This document shows, piece by piece, positions 47,652 to 56,929 of a DNA stretch of 64,000 nucleotides (its first letter is position 1; each line of letters begins with the position of its first letter). The notes beneath the pieces are model-generated. The model worked only from the letters and a program-made list of their open reading frames with translations, had not been told where the DNA came from and made no database searches. The stretch is from a virus, in IMG/VR virus record IMGVR_UViG_3300032401_000002, positions 86,168 to 150,167 of that record; one strand, given 5' to 3'. Position numbers and translations under genes: made by a program.

Positions 47652-48018
47652 TCCAGCGCACTACCGCAAGCCTGAGAACATCCTGAGGTATCGCCACGAT
47701 GACATGCGTCATCGCGTTGAAGGGAAGCCCATCCGACACGGGGTCGAGCAGTACCCGTGGCTGGGGATGGAGATCTCCACGAGAGAAGAGTTCGTCGCTT
47801 GGGGATTGACCGATCCAGAGTTCGTCCGCTTGTACGACCTATGGGCTGCTGACGACTTTGCACGGCGCACGGCTCCCTCCTGCCACCGCATCGACCGCTC
47901 CAGGGGGTACACCATCGACAACATCAAGTTCATGCCCCACGCGGAGAAGTCTCGTCTTCATCTAGCTCAGGGGCACAAGACTCAGGCAGCCAAGAAGGCG
48001 CTCAAGGAGGCAGCATGA
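47644..48018 (+). CDS. HNH-like endonuclease
   Basis: APSCHRIDRSRGYTIDNIKF (beta-beta-alpha-Me-like SxDRID..GY...N motif). Confidence 0.65.
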   Translation: MPSPAHYRKPENILRYRHDDMRHRVEGKPIRHGVEQYPWLGMEISTREEFVAWGLTDPEFVRLYDLWAADDFARRTAPSCHRIDRSRGYTIDNIKFMPHAEKSRLHLAQGHKTQAAKKALKEAA

Positions 48019-48365
48019 CCGCTGTTCTGTTGGTCGAGGATGACAGCTACCTCGGCCCACTCATGGTGAGAGAGCTTGAGGCGAAGGGGTACGACACATA
48101 CTTCGCCACCACCTTTGACGAGGCGTATGAACTGATCGAGATGGATGGGCCGTTCGACGCTCTCGTTACAGACTACGAGTTTCCGGGTGGGAATGGCTGC
48201 GATGTGATCGACTACAACGCGCGCCAGGAGGAGCCTACTCCCCTCGTCATCCTGTGGTCGGGACTCGACCGCACTTACGAAGTTCGGATGGCTGGCCTGA
48301 TCGGGGTCGTTGATCACATCTTGACCAAGGATGCACTCGACAAGCTCTTCGAGGTTCTGCCCTAA
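48015..48365 (+). CDS. Stand-alone response-regulator receiver (CheY-like)
   Basis: VLLVEDD, LVTDYEFPGGNG (phospho-Asp), ILWSG, LTK. Confidence 0.88.
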   Translation: MTAVLLVEDDSYLGPLMVRELEAKGYDTYFATTFDEAYELIEMDGPFDALVTDYEFPGGNGCDVIDYNARQEEPTPLVILWSGLDRTYEVRMAGLIGVVDHILTKDALDKLFEVLP

Positions 48366-48577
48366 TGGCTAAGGAAGACAAGAAGGCGCAGAAGAAGGCT
48401 GACATCAAGCTAGCGTACGCTCGCGTACTGATGGCTGCTCGTGAACATGCCGCTGCTCTCGAACAGAACGAAGAAGGCACGGGGTACCAGTTCGACATGG
48501 ACTTCTTCTGGCGCACTCGGGCCGAACTCATTCACTCCATCGCCTACCTCGACAAGCTCCTGGGGACAGAACAATGA
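48365..48577 (+). CDS. Hypothetical protein
   Basis: Coupled ORF. Confidence 0.55.
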   Translation: MAKEDKKAQKKADIKLAYARVLMAAREHAAALEQNEEGTGYQFDMDFFWRTRAELIHSIAYLDKLLGTEQ

Positions 48578-48810
48578 GACGAGTAGACACGCTGTGTGAC
48601 TATTGTCGTGACGAGATCGAGGACGGATCGCTGTCTCGCATTTCAGCCACGTTCAATTGGGAAGGGTCGATGACTCACACCTACCACTCACCTGAGCGAG
48701 ACTTCTGTGATGCCGTCTGCTTGTCCAACTACGTCTTCAACGCTTTACCCCTGGTGATCGGCGAGCAGCGTGGTATGCCACCCACTGCCGTCAGAGCGAT
48801 CAAGCGATGA
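48574..48810 (+). CDS. Zn-finger hypothetical protein
   Basis: CDYC...FCDAVC. Confidence 0.55.
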   Translation: MRRVDTLCDYCRDEIEDGSLSRISATFNWEGSMTHTYHSPERDFCDAVCLSNYVFNALPLVIGEQRGMPPTAVRAIKR

Positions 48811-49028
48811 GTCTCACTCCGATCCATGACCACCCTGACTGGGGGTTGGCGTACATCTTGTCCGAGGTCGAGCGCGGGCGCACACACCAGAATGCCCGCA
48901 AGGCATACAAGGCATCGTGCGTCGGCAAGGTAGACGAAGACGCCGTGGTTGGTCTCTACCAGCGTCTCCACGGATTGCTGCGCACGCTCGAAGCTGTCTA
49001 CGACATGAGCGAGGTTCCAGAGCGGTGA
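48807..49028 (+). CDS. Hypothetical protein
   Basis: ATGA-coupled. Confidence 0.5.
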   Translation: MSLTPIHDHPDWGLAYILSEVERGRTHQNARKAYKASCVGKVDEDAVVGLYQRLHGLLRTLEAVYDMSEVPER

Positions 49029-49139
49029 GCGAGCAGACAGACATCGAGACAGTCGAAGAGGAAGTCGCACGGGCGATGAAGGAGTGGGAAGACTTCTCCG
49101 AGGCTGCGTCCAAGTGCTGCGGAGATCCGGGAGACTGCA

Positions 49140-49400
49140 ATGAGCCTTGCAGCTAGAGGACTCCACAAGTCAGGCATGGTCGGAGGACGGCCCCAACCCT
49201 TCGATCCTGACGAGCCATGTAAGGCGCACTGCCCTGACGGTCTGGTCTTCGAGGGTGGAGATCCTCTCCTAGCGCTGTGCGGCAAACGCTTGATAGGGAT
49301 CGAGGCTGAGGCTAGCGCACCTAAGTGTGAAGAGTGCGAGCGCATCCTCGACAAGATCTACGGTGAAGATCGAGACTTGTACGACGGGCCGACACAATGA
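49140..49400 (+). CDS. Zn-binding protein (H...ALCG...CxxC; DUF3039-like)
   Basis: KAHC...ALCGK...KCEEC. Confidence 0.5.
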   Translation: MSLAARGLHKSGMVGGRPQPFDPDEPCKAHCPDGLVFEGGDPLLALCGKRLIGIEAEASAPKCEECERILDKIYGEDRDLYDGPTQ

Positions 49401-49678
49401 CCATCCCAGCCAAGTACACCTTGACCGAAGCTCACTGGATCATCGCAACGCAGGAGAAGGAGATCGAGGGTCTGGACATGTTAGCCAAAGCGATGATGAA
49501 CCAGGTGGATGACATGGCGATACAACGGATCAAGTTGAACGCTCAGATCAAGGAGTTGGAGGAAGATCTTCGGGACGAGCGCAACGACTGCGTTCAGGAT
49601 CAGGCGTACATCGTGAAACTGAAGGCTCGGATCAAGGAGCTTGAGGAAGAGCCGAACGCTGGGTGGCCACCGCAATGA
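49397..49678 (+). CDS. Coiled-coil hypothetical protein
   Basis: Repeated IKELEE heptads. Confidence 0.55.
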   Translation: MTIPAKYTLTEAHWIIATQEKEIEGLDMLAKAMMNQVDDMAIQRIKLNAQIKELEEDLRDERNDCVQDQAYIVKLKARIKELEEEPNAGWPPQ

Positions 49679-49836
49679 AGATCAACGACGACATCGAGGA
49701 TCTGGTTGACTACTGTCACATCTGCGACAAGACAATCTGGCCTGGGAGTTCTGCCATCCACATCGTGTCTGCCACGTATTGCTCGTGGGATTGCGTGCAT
49801 GCTGCGGGTATCCACGACACCAAGGAGGCGTCATGA
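49675..49836 (+). CDS. Small Zn-finger protein (53 aa; absent from the ORF track)
   Basis: ATGA coupling at both ends; CHIC...YCSWDC. Confidence 0.55.
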   Translation: MKINDDIEDLVDYCHICDKTIWPGSSAIHIVSATYCSWDCVHAAGIHDTKEAS

Positions 49837-50411
49837 AGACTCCGACCCTCGAAGATCTTATCGGCGTGATTCCGATGGAGTTCGTCTACTTCGCTCAATA
49901 TCACGAAGACGGGCCAGTCAAGATTGGACGATCTATCAAAGTCCCCAAGCGCATGAAGGCCCTTCAACTGATGTGTCCATACGAAGTCAAGTTGCTTGGG
50001 ACATTCCCTGGAGGCGCGGGCGACGAGGCTGGCTTCCATCGCCGTTTTAAGGACTTTCACATGAGAGGAGAATGGTTTCACGCCACCAAGGAGATCCTCG
50101 CATTCATCGAGGAGTGTTGCGAGACAGGAGAGATGGTCGAGCAAGTCGTAGACTCGATGGCGTCTCATCGAAAGCCAGTCGTGCAAGTCATCAAGGTGCG
50201 AGGGTCGGAAGTTGACTCTAGCCACGTCAGTAGAAGATGCAAGATCTGCCAGTCTCCCTTTAGACTACAGATGGACTTGATGTGGGCTGGGGGTACGAGC
50301 GGCAGGCAGGTTATCCGATGGGCTGAGACGCAGGGTGCCTCCTTCACATCTAACAACATCTCGCTCCACATGCGCAAGCACGTAACCCTTCGTGAAGCAG
50401 ATGGGTCATGA
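49833..50411 (+). CDS. GIY-YIG (T5orf172/MUG113-like) nuclease with C-terminal CxxC...HxxxH domain
   Basis: FVYF....VKIGRS...KR...LQ...E..FHRRF....RGEWF. Confidence 0.8.
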   Translation: MKTPTLEDLIGVIPMEFVYFAQYHEDGPVKIGRSIKVPKRMKALQLMCPYEVKLLGTFPGGAGDEAGFHRRFKDFHMRGEWFHATKEILAFIEECCETGEMVEQVVDSMASHRKPVVQVIKVRGSEVDSSHVSRRCKICQSPFRLQMDLMWAGGTSGRQVIRWAETQGASFTSNNISLHMRKHVTLREADGS

Positions 50412-50646
50412 CGTACCCAAGGCGACGATGAAGACGATCATCCACGTCAACCAGCACATCATCAAGCGCAACGCCAAGACTGGCGAGCGCGAGCCGACGT
50501 TGACGGTCAAGACGTACAAGTCCAACACGTACGCCCACGAGGTCGAGATACACGGGCCGTCACGAGTCGTGTACTCCCCAGACAAGCCTTTGTCGTGTGG
50601 GGCCAAGGTCTGGATCGAGACGGAAGCCGAGGTTAGTTGTGGGTGA
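50401..50646 (+). CDS. Conserved phage protein
   Basis: IHVNQH.I..N.K.G...P..TVK....N.Y..EV.I.GPS..VYSPDKPLSCGAKVWIET; start uncertain. Confidence 0.7.
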   Translation: MGHDVPKATMKTIIHVNQHIIKRNAKTGEREPTLTVKTYKSNTYAHEVEIHGPSRVVYSPDKPLSCGAKVWIETEAEVSCG

Positions 50647-50845
50647 GCAGTGGGAAGGCATCAAGTACATGTGGGCGGGGCTACGTATCGCGATGTCGCA
50701 GTGGCGCTGCATCTTCGGTCACGACATCGTGCGCGTCTCGCTCGGAGATGGCGATCACACCTACATGTGCCAGCGCTGCGAGACTGAGATCAACATTCCG
50801 CCCTGCAACTGCGACCGCTGCGAGGAGGAGGTAAGCAATGGCTAA
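50597..50845 (+). CDS. Small Cys-rich protein (C.FGH...CxRC)
   Basis: Motif and coupling; true start probably near 50643. Confidence 0.5.
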   Translation: MGPRSGSRRKPRLVVGEQWEGIKYMWAGLRIAMSQWRCIFGHDIVRVSLGDGDHTYMCQRCETEINIPPCNCDRCEEEVSNG

Positions 50846-51263
50846 GTTTCGCATGATGAAGGATCTCATAGGTAATCCACAGCTAGCTGTACGATGGGAC
50901 GCAGACGATGTAGTCGGCGAGATGTTCCAGGCTGGATGGGCTGTAAGAGTTGTTAACACCCTCGATGAAGCGAACAAGCTGCGAGCGATGATCCGGGGTG
51001 CTTCTCGCAGACGTGCAATCGGCGGGGTCACAACGTACGTCACTAAAGTGCCCGCTCCGTTGTTTGAAGAGTCTTACTTGCACATCCGTGACTACTACGC
51101 AATATCGAACGAGGAAGCGCCTGAGTGCGACGGCCACATTCGCTACCTCGTTGAAGCGAACACTCTAGACTGGGATGGCGGATGGGGATACCCAGCTACG
51201 CGCGGTCTCTTCCATGAGATGGTCGATAGCATGTGCGAGATTGCGGGAATGTCACCACGATGA
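50838..51263 (+). CDS. Hypothetical protein
   Basis: SD GGAGG. Confidence 0.55.
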   Translation: MAKFRMMKDLIGNPQLAVRWDADDVVGEMFQAGWAVRVVNTLDEANKLRAMIRGASRRRAIGGVTTYVTKVPAPLFEESYLHIRDYYAISNEEAPECDGHIRYLVEANTLDWDGGWGYPATRGLFHEMVDSMCEIAGMSPR

Positions 51264-51931
51264 CGCTGTGTGAGTGTGGGTGCGGTCAGGAGGTTGGATT
51301 CCGCACAGACAAGCCTAATCAAATGAAGAGGTTTGTTCTGGGCCACAATGGTCGCAAGCTTCGCACGCCACTGGAACCAAAGTTGTGTGAATGTGGCTGT
51401 GGTCAAGTAACTCCCATCTCGGATCGAACTAACAACAAGGCAGGTTACGTCTTGGGTCAGCATAGGCGTTACGTGCCCGGCCATGCCCATCGCGGAAGAA
51501 CGCGAACCTTCAGCGAAGAACATCGAAAGAACTTGAGTGTCGCCTTGGTCGGCAATCAGAACTGCCTCGGGAAGCAGAACACTCTGGGTTTGAAGCATTC
51601 AGAGGAAACCAGAGCGAAGATAACCGGCCCAAATAACCCACGATGGAAAGAAGATGTGGGGTACGGCGGTCTTCATACGTGGGTAAAGCGCCACAAGAGT
51701 AAGACGGGTATCTGCTCTCATTGTGAACGAGATGTGGGATTTGGCACTCAGGCCGGGACACACTGGGCCAACGTCGATGGCGAGTACCGCAGGGCGCTGG
51801 AAGACTATATCGAACTATGCCCTGACTGTCACGGTGAGTACGACCGTGAGCGCGGACTTCGTAAGCTAAGTGGCCCTGGCTCCAGGAAGAAGCCCAAGAG
51901 TACCCCTGTAGACGCACAGAACGCCTCCTAA
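51260..51931 (+). CDS. HNH homing endonuclease with NUMOD3-like repeats
   Basis: LCECGCG x2, HSEETRAKI, CSHC...HWAN.....Y..LCPDCH. Confidence 0.8.
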   Translation: MTLCECGCGQEVGFRTDKPNQMKRFVLGHNGRKLRTPLEPKLCECGCGQVTPISDRTNNKAGYVLGQHRRYVPGHAHRGRTRTFSEEHRKNLSVALVGNQNCLGKQNTLGLKHSEETRAKITGPNNPRWKEDVGYGGLHTWVKRHKSKTGICSHCERDVGFGTQAGTHWANVDGEYRRALEDYIELCPDCHGEYDRERGLRKLSGPGSRKKPKSTPVDAQNAS

Positions 51932-51940
51932 GAGGCGTTC
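51919..51940. terminator. Hairpin between convergent genes
   Basis: GAACGCCTC-ctaa-GAGGCGTTC. Confidence 0.6.
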
Positions 51941-52008
51941 AGGGGTTAAACTACTCGTTGCCCCAGACTACTGTTACAGTAGCTTAGAAGGGCTTACAGC
52001 GCGACGAG

Positions 52009-52413
52009 CTAGTTAGCGCCGTTGTGAGCCACGAAGGCTTCAACGTTGCTCGCGCCCGATGCGTCTGTGCGGAAGAGGCGAAGGAGTGACGGAGAGAAGG
52101 GGCTGAGGTCGAAAGCCTCAAAGCCACTGATGCCCACGGGGAGAGATAGCTCGGTCGTGGAAGGGCTTGCGTGGTAGTCGTACCACGATAGTCCACCGTC
52201 TGTCAAGCCCGCGTCGATCTCGTTCAACCCAGCCTTGTCGGGCACCTGGCCTGCGACCTGAATCTTGAAGGTAGCTGCGACTGCGCCGTTCTTGATGAAG
52301 ATCGTTACGTACGGGGCCGTGCCTACGTACGCCCACTTGGATACGGCGTTCTGGGTGATAGCTGCGCCAGACGCTGCCGTCCAGACTTGTGTTGTTCCTC
52401 GAAGAGATGCCAT
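52009..52413 (-). CDS. Small beta-sandwich virion protein
   Basis: Late motif upstream; beta-rich. Confidence 0.55.
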   Translation of the reverse strand: MASLRGTTQVWTAASGAAITQNAVSKWAYVGTAPYVTIFIKNGAVAATFKIQVAGQVPDKAGLNEIDAGLTDGGLSWYDYHASPSTTELSLPVGISGFEAFDLSPFSPSLLRLFRTDASGASNVEAFVAHNGAN

Positions 52414-52456
52414 TGTCGTCCTTTACGTGTTGGAAGTGATGTGTTTAGTAGCCGTG

Positions 52457-54685
52457 CTAGACCCGCATGTACGTACCCTTGGCGATGCGAACCATGGGGT
52501 GGCCCTTGAGGTCGAAGATCATCTTGGCCGCACCTACGACGGTTCCACCGCCAGAGCCGTTCAAGCCAACAACATCAACGAACTGTCCAGTCGAGGTCGT
52601 TGGTACACCGAAGACTGGTGCTGCGGGGAGTCCAGTTACCTGAACGTTGACATTGCCGGTCGTGATGTTGACGGAGCCGAAGACATACGTGCTGCTCAGG
52701 CCCGTCAGATTGGTCGTCGTGTTGGTGGTAACTGCACCGAACGTCGGGGTCGGAGTCAAGCCAGTTACGTTGACGTTCTGGCTGAACGTAGCTATCGGCG
52801 TACCGAACAAAGGCGTGCCGGTCAGGGCGGTAACGTTGACGGTTCTCTGGATATAGATTGACCCAAACGACGCGGCAGAGTTCAAGCCCGTAACGTTGAC
52901 TGCCTGAGCACCAGTGGTGGATACTCCACCGAACGCGGCAGCCGAGTTCAAGCCAGTTATGTTGACCGTACGCTGGATGTAGATTGTGCCGAACGCTGGT
53001 GTCGAGCTTAGCCCAGTTACGTTGACCGTACGATTGGCGGTTGGTGTCCCGAACGCTGCCGTTGAGGTCAACCCAGTGACGTTGACTGTTGTTCGGAACG
53101 TAACCGTGCCGAACTGGGCCGTTGAAGTCAGTCCACCTACGTTGCCGCTGGGGTGAGTCGTTCCGAACGTAGCAGCGGAGTTCAGGCCAGTGATGTTGAC
53201 GGTAGTCTTTAATGTGACCGTACCGAACTGGGCGGTCGAGGTTAGGCCACCAACGTTTCCGCTTGGGTGAGTGGTTCCGAAGGCTGCTGCACTGTTGAGA
53301 CCCGTAACGTTGACGGTGCGGTTAATCGACAAGGTGCCGAACGATGCAGCGCTGTTGAGTCCGGTGACATTGACCGTACGGTTGATTGTCGGCGTACCGA
53401 ATGCCGCTGCCGATCCCAGTCCGGTGACATTGACTGTCCGATTGATCTGGAGCGTACCGAACGATGCTGCCGAACCCAACCCGGTAACGTTGACCGTAGT
53501 CTTGAAGGTAACGGTACCGAACGAAGCCGTGGAGGTAAGGCCCTGTACGTTAGCGCTGGGATGAGCCGTTCCGAAGGATGCAGCAGAACCCAATCCTGTA
53601 ACGTTGACTGTCGTCTTGAACGTGACCGTACCGAATGCCGCAGTGGAGGTTAGCCCTGTGATGTTCACCGTGCGGTTGAACGTGGGGGTTCCGAACGCCG
53701 CTGCGGAGCCTAGCCCCGTGACGTTGACAGTACGATTGATCTTTACGGTTCCGAACGAAGCCGCAGATCCCAAGCCCGTTACGTTAACATTCACGCCTGG
53801 CTGTGTGGCTGTAACGGTGCCGAAGGCGGCAGCGCTTCCAAGACCAGTGATGTTGACGGTCGTGTTGGTCTTGAGCGTACCGAACGAGGCCGCAGATCCT
53901 AGACCTGTAACGGGCACGGTCTGTTTAACGCTGAGCGTGCCGAATGATCCCGAAGGTGGAGCGATCTCAATGTACGCTCCGATTGTCCATGCTAAGGATG
54001 CCGCGTCCTGGGGGAATGGATTGGACGGAGATGCATCCAGGTCGTTGGACTTGAAGAAGCCACCACCAGGGGGAGCGCCAGCATTCGACAGCGCGATCTT
54101 GTCGGAAATAGCACCTGCGCCATTGACGTTCTGGAACCCAATCCACAACTTGCCGCTCGTGGGGGATGACACATCGACATCTGCACTGACCCAGTCTGGT
54201 GCGCCGCCTGCGGCCATCTGTACTGACTTGAGTAGCGTACCAGGAGAGATGGTACCGCCATCGTCATCGTACACACTGATGTAGAGATCGGGGCCATTCG
54301 ACTCCAAGTAGGCCCATAGCTTCTTTATTCTCGATCCGGCAACGACACTTACCGTGTACCCGTTAGTCCAGATATCCTTCTCTGCGATAGCGAAGTTCGT
54401 GAAGCCGGTTATGTCGGTCGTACCAAGGAGAGACGATGCTCCAAGCGCAACAATGTTGACAGTTCTCTTGATCGTGACCGTGCCAAACGACGCAGCAGAT
54501 CCTAGACCAACAAGTTGGACGTTGACGTTGCCCGTCGTAAGTGTGACGGTACCAAAGGATGCGGCCGAACCTAGGCCGGTTACATTGACGTTCTGCGGGA
54601 ACGTCGTGACTTGGCCCCGAAGACGAACGTCGTTCGGATTGGCCTCGCCGCTATAGAGGTTTACATCGGATGGCAGCAGGGGCAT
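52457..54685 (-). CDS. Fibre-like protein with ~25 VNVTGLGSAASFGT repeats and an inserted globular domain
   Basis: Repeats visible; shares its repeat unit with 3794..4951. Confidence 0.75.
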   Translation of the reverse strand: MPLLPSDVNLYSGEANPNDVRLRGQVTTFPQNVNVTGLGSAASFGTVTLTTGNVNVQLVGLGSAASFGTVTIKRTVNIVALGASSLLGTTDITGFTNFAIAEKDIWTNGYTVSVVAGSRIKKLWAYLESNGPDLYISVYDDDGGTISPGTLLKSVQMAAGGAPDWVSADVDVSSPTSGKLWIGFQNVNGAGAISDKIALSNAGAPPGGGFFKSNDLDASPSNPFPQDAASLAWTIGAYIEIAPPSGSFGTLSVKQTVPVTGLGSAASFGTLKTNTTVNITGLGSAAAFGTVTATQPGVNVNVTGLGSAASFGTVKINRTVNVTGLGSAAAFGTPTFNRTVNITGLTSTAAFGTVTFKTTVNVTGLGSAASFGTAHPSANVQGLTSTASFGTVTFKTTVNVTGLGSAASFGTLQINRTVNVTGLGSAAAFGTPTINRTVNVTGLNSAASFGTLSINRTVNVTGLNSAAAFGTTHPSGNVGGLTSTAQFGTVTLKTTVNITGLNSAATFGTTHPSGNVGGLTSTAQFGTVTFRTTVNVTGLTSTAAFGTPTANRTVNVTGLSSTPAFGTIYIQRTVNITGLNSAAAFGGVSTTGAQAVNVTGLNSAASFGSIYIQRTVNVTALTGTPLFGTPIATFSQNVNVTGLTPTPTFGAVTTNTTTNLTGLSSTYVFGSVNITTGNVNVQVTGLPAAPVFGVPTTSTGQFVDVVGLNGSGGGTVVGAAKMIFDLKGHPMVRIAKGTYMRV

Positions 54686-54698
54686 CTGCGCCCCCTAT

Positions 54699-55100
54699 CT
54701 ACGTACCGATAAGTGTGTTGGCTGTCGTTCCGAAGACGGGTGTGCCGTCCTTGTATGCCACCACGTAGTACGATTCGCCAGGTGAAGGTGTGATGAACGT
54801 ATAGACGCCAGTCGATGCGTCCGACACCATCTGATCCACCTGAGCATCCGTGCCATCGATCTTGTTGGACTTGAACAACATCACAGTACAACTCCCAAGG
54901 ATGGCTCCAACACTATCGTAGGTAACACCAGTGATCGTAAGAACGCTCCCCTTCTGCGGGAGCTTTTTTTCGGTATCGCCGACCCCGCCCATTTGCGAAG
55001 TTAGCGGCCCGTGTCCAGGAACCTTCCAGCCCCTGTTATCACCGATGTTACCTACGACTCCAGGCATTAGATCGAGTGAACCGGAGTGACCCACTGGCAA
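54699..55100 (-). CDS. Transthyretin/carboxypeptidase-regulatory-like virion protein
   Basis: ITG.T.D..G..L..CTV.LF......SDA.TG.Y.F......YYVVAYK; start possibly 55067. Confidence 0.6.
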   Translation of the reverse strand: MPVGHSGSLDLMPGVVGNIGDNRGWKVPGHGPLTSQMGGVGDTEKKLPQKGSVLTITGVTYDSVGAILGSCTVMLFKSNKIDGTDAQVDQMVSDASTGVYTFITPSPGESYYVVAYKDGTPVFGTTANTLIGT

Positions 55101-55837
55101 GTGTACGACTGCGATGCCACTGAGATGGTGAGGTTCATGATCAGACCAGAGATGGCCGTGTTGTCGAACGCTGCCGCAACCGTGCCACCCATGACGTACA
55201 GGGTGCCAGTGGCTGCTGCTGCGCCCTGTGTCACTACCATGCCGTTACCCGTGATCGTTCCGCCTGCCGCTGCAAGACCCAGAGCACGAATAGTGGCATA
55301 GAACTCGCCATACCATGCCTGTGTTGTCAGAGATGCGGCAGGAGCCGTTGCGTTGGATGCACCCAGCGTCGGGTTGGTGGCTACAGTAGCAGAGACACCA
55401 TATCGAGGAGTCCAGGTCAGAACACCCTGCGTGGCTGTGCTCGTGAACACACCACCGAAGGCGATCTTGAAGACCTTACCAGCACGAGTCGAGTTAGCCG
55501 GGATGGGCGTCCAAATGGCGGGCACCCATAACTGCGTCTCTGTTGCTGTTGCCGTTACGGCTGTTGCTGATGTCGGGATAGCCGACGCCTGCCCCTCGAC
55601 TGCCGAGAAGCTGGCGTCAGCCATCTTCAGACCGGAGAAGATCGACCCCAATCGCTGATACTCGCGCACGCTGTTGGGCGCACGCTTGAGAAGCCAGTTG
55701 CGATGGAATGAGCCGAACTGCTGCCCGTTCTCCTGCTCCTTGGCGATGATGTCGCCAACAGTCCAGTCGCAGACTCCGTGCTCTGACGGAGCGGCAACCA
55801 GATCGAACTTCTCTGGTGAGATGACTGAAAGGGTCAT
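55067..55837 (-). CDS. Fibre-module structural protein
   Basis: TATET.....IPANS.RAGKVF pattern; operon context. Confidence 0.55.
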   Translation of the reverse strand: MTLSVISPEKFDLVAAPSEHGVCDWTVGDIIAKEQENGQQFGSFHRNWLLKRAPNSVREYQRLGSIFSGLKMADASFSAVEGQASAIPTSATAVTATATETQLWVPAIWTPIPANSTRAGKVFKIAFGGVFTSTATQGVLTWTPRYGVSATVATNPTLGASNATAPAASLTTQAWYGEFYATIRALGLAAAGGTITGNGMVVTQGAAAATGTLYVMGGTVAAAFDNTAISGLIMNLTISVASQSYTCQWVTPVHSI

Positions 55838-55846
55838 CGATGCCTC

Positions 55847-56263
55847 CTAGATCTTGAAGATGAACGGTGCAGTTGCCTGCCAGACGAACGTGATGTCGCC
55901 GCCGTTGGGTACGACCGAGAAGCCGTCGATGTACGCGATGGGGGTCGAACCCGCATCGTTGGTGACGAACTTGAAGATCGCGAGTGAGTCGAGTGCCGCG
56001 CCTGCTGTCCAGGCTACGAACGTCGAGTCCGCTGCGTCGAAGTTACCACCGTTGGTGCCGGTTCCGAGCACCTTGGTGCCTAGAGTTGCATCGCCGGGGC
56101 CACCTGTTGCAGCAACGACCGGAGTCATCGATGCATCAGTTGCTGCGAACGTGTACGCTGACACGCGGAGGGGGCGAACCTTGATGGTGTCGCCTGTGAG
56201 GTCGATACGGGTGGCCGACTGAATGAATCCCTGCAACCCGATGTTGTAGAATGCTGATGCCAT
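55847..56263 (-). CDS. Small virion protein (IDL..DTIK / FDAAD / PNGGDIT..W family)
   Basis: Motifs typical of whisker/fibre subunits. Confidence 0.65.
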   Translation of the reverse strand: MASAFYNIGLQGFIQSATRIDLTGDTIKVRPLRVSAYTFAATDASMTPVVAATGGPGDATLGTKVLGTGTNGGNFDAADSTFVAWTAGAALDSLAIFKFVTNDAGSTPIAYIDGFSVVPNGGDITFVWQATAPFIFKI

Positions 56264-56267
56264 GGTG

Positions 56268-56462
56268 CTAGATGCCTACCTTCTGTGTTTGTGCGTTGAT
56301 GGTTGCAGTCTCCTCAGCGGAGAACGTGCGGGAGAGCTTGCCGGTGGCATAGCCCTTGTGGATGAAGCCGTCAGCGACTTCGGTCGGGAGGTCGTACTTG
56401 TTCCCGGCTTCGTAATCTCCTTCAGACGAGACTACAGAATGGATCATTGTGACACTGGTCAT
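56268..56462 (-). CDS. Small head-associated protein
   Basis: Y.AG..YDLP..VA..FI.KGYA; SD AAGGAG. Confidence 0.55.
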   Translation of the reverse strand: MTSVTMIHSVVSSEGDYEAGNKYDLPTEVADGFIHKGYATGKLSRTFSAEETATINAQTQKVGI

Positions 56463-56470
56463 GTTTCTCC

Positions 56471-56866
56471 TTATGTCCAGGGGAGAGTTGCTCGATCATC
56501 CCAGGCTACTCCACCTAATACTTGGATGCCCGAAACGAGATTCTCTCCTCCGAGGGTTGTGTGTTCAAATCGCTTGACTGTCCACTCGGGAACTGAAGTC
56601 AAGACTCCCTGCTGCGAGAATCCGAGGTATCGAATCTCGTAGTCAGCGCCTACTAGGTAGTAATCGAACTTGAGTGCGTTCGAATCGGATGTTGCCTCGT
56701 TAGGCCAGAGCGCGTTAAGTCCACCAGGGCCACGCTTGGCACTGATGACACCGTTCCACTCTTCGTCCGAGATGACTGAGACCTGACCAGGCTCAACGCG
56801 GCGCTTGCCCGCTGATCCATCAAAGACCCAAGGGTCAGTCAGTTCGTTCTTTACTACTACAGTCAT
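56471..56866 (-). CDS. Virion protein
   Basis: YLG......TS.P.W.VKR......WDDRATL motif. Confidence 0.55.
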   Translation of the reverse strand: MTVVVKNELTDPWVFDGSAGKRRVEPGQVSVISDEEWNGVISAKRGPGGLNALWPNEATSDSNALKFDYYLVGADYEIRYLGFSQQGVLTSVPEWTVKRFEHTTLGGENLVSGIQVLGGVAWDDRATLPWT

Positions 56867-56929
56867 CAGTCCCTACCAGGGTCGGTCTTACTCGTTCCGC
56901 ATTGTGCGGTCACACCTTATGCGGAGCAA

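Noticed and set aside
47644-51931. HNH/GIY-YIG genes as intron- or intein-encoded elements
   Set aside because: They are free-standing and translationally coupled to neighbours; no interrupted host gene is evident
52600-53950. 60-bp periodic DNA as a possible CRISPR array
   Set aside because: Degenerate coding repeats with synonymous variation; no constant repeat with unique spacers
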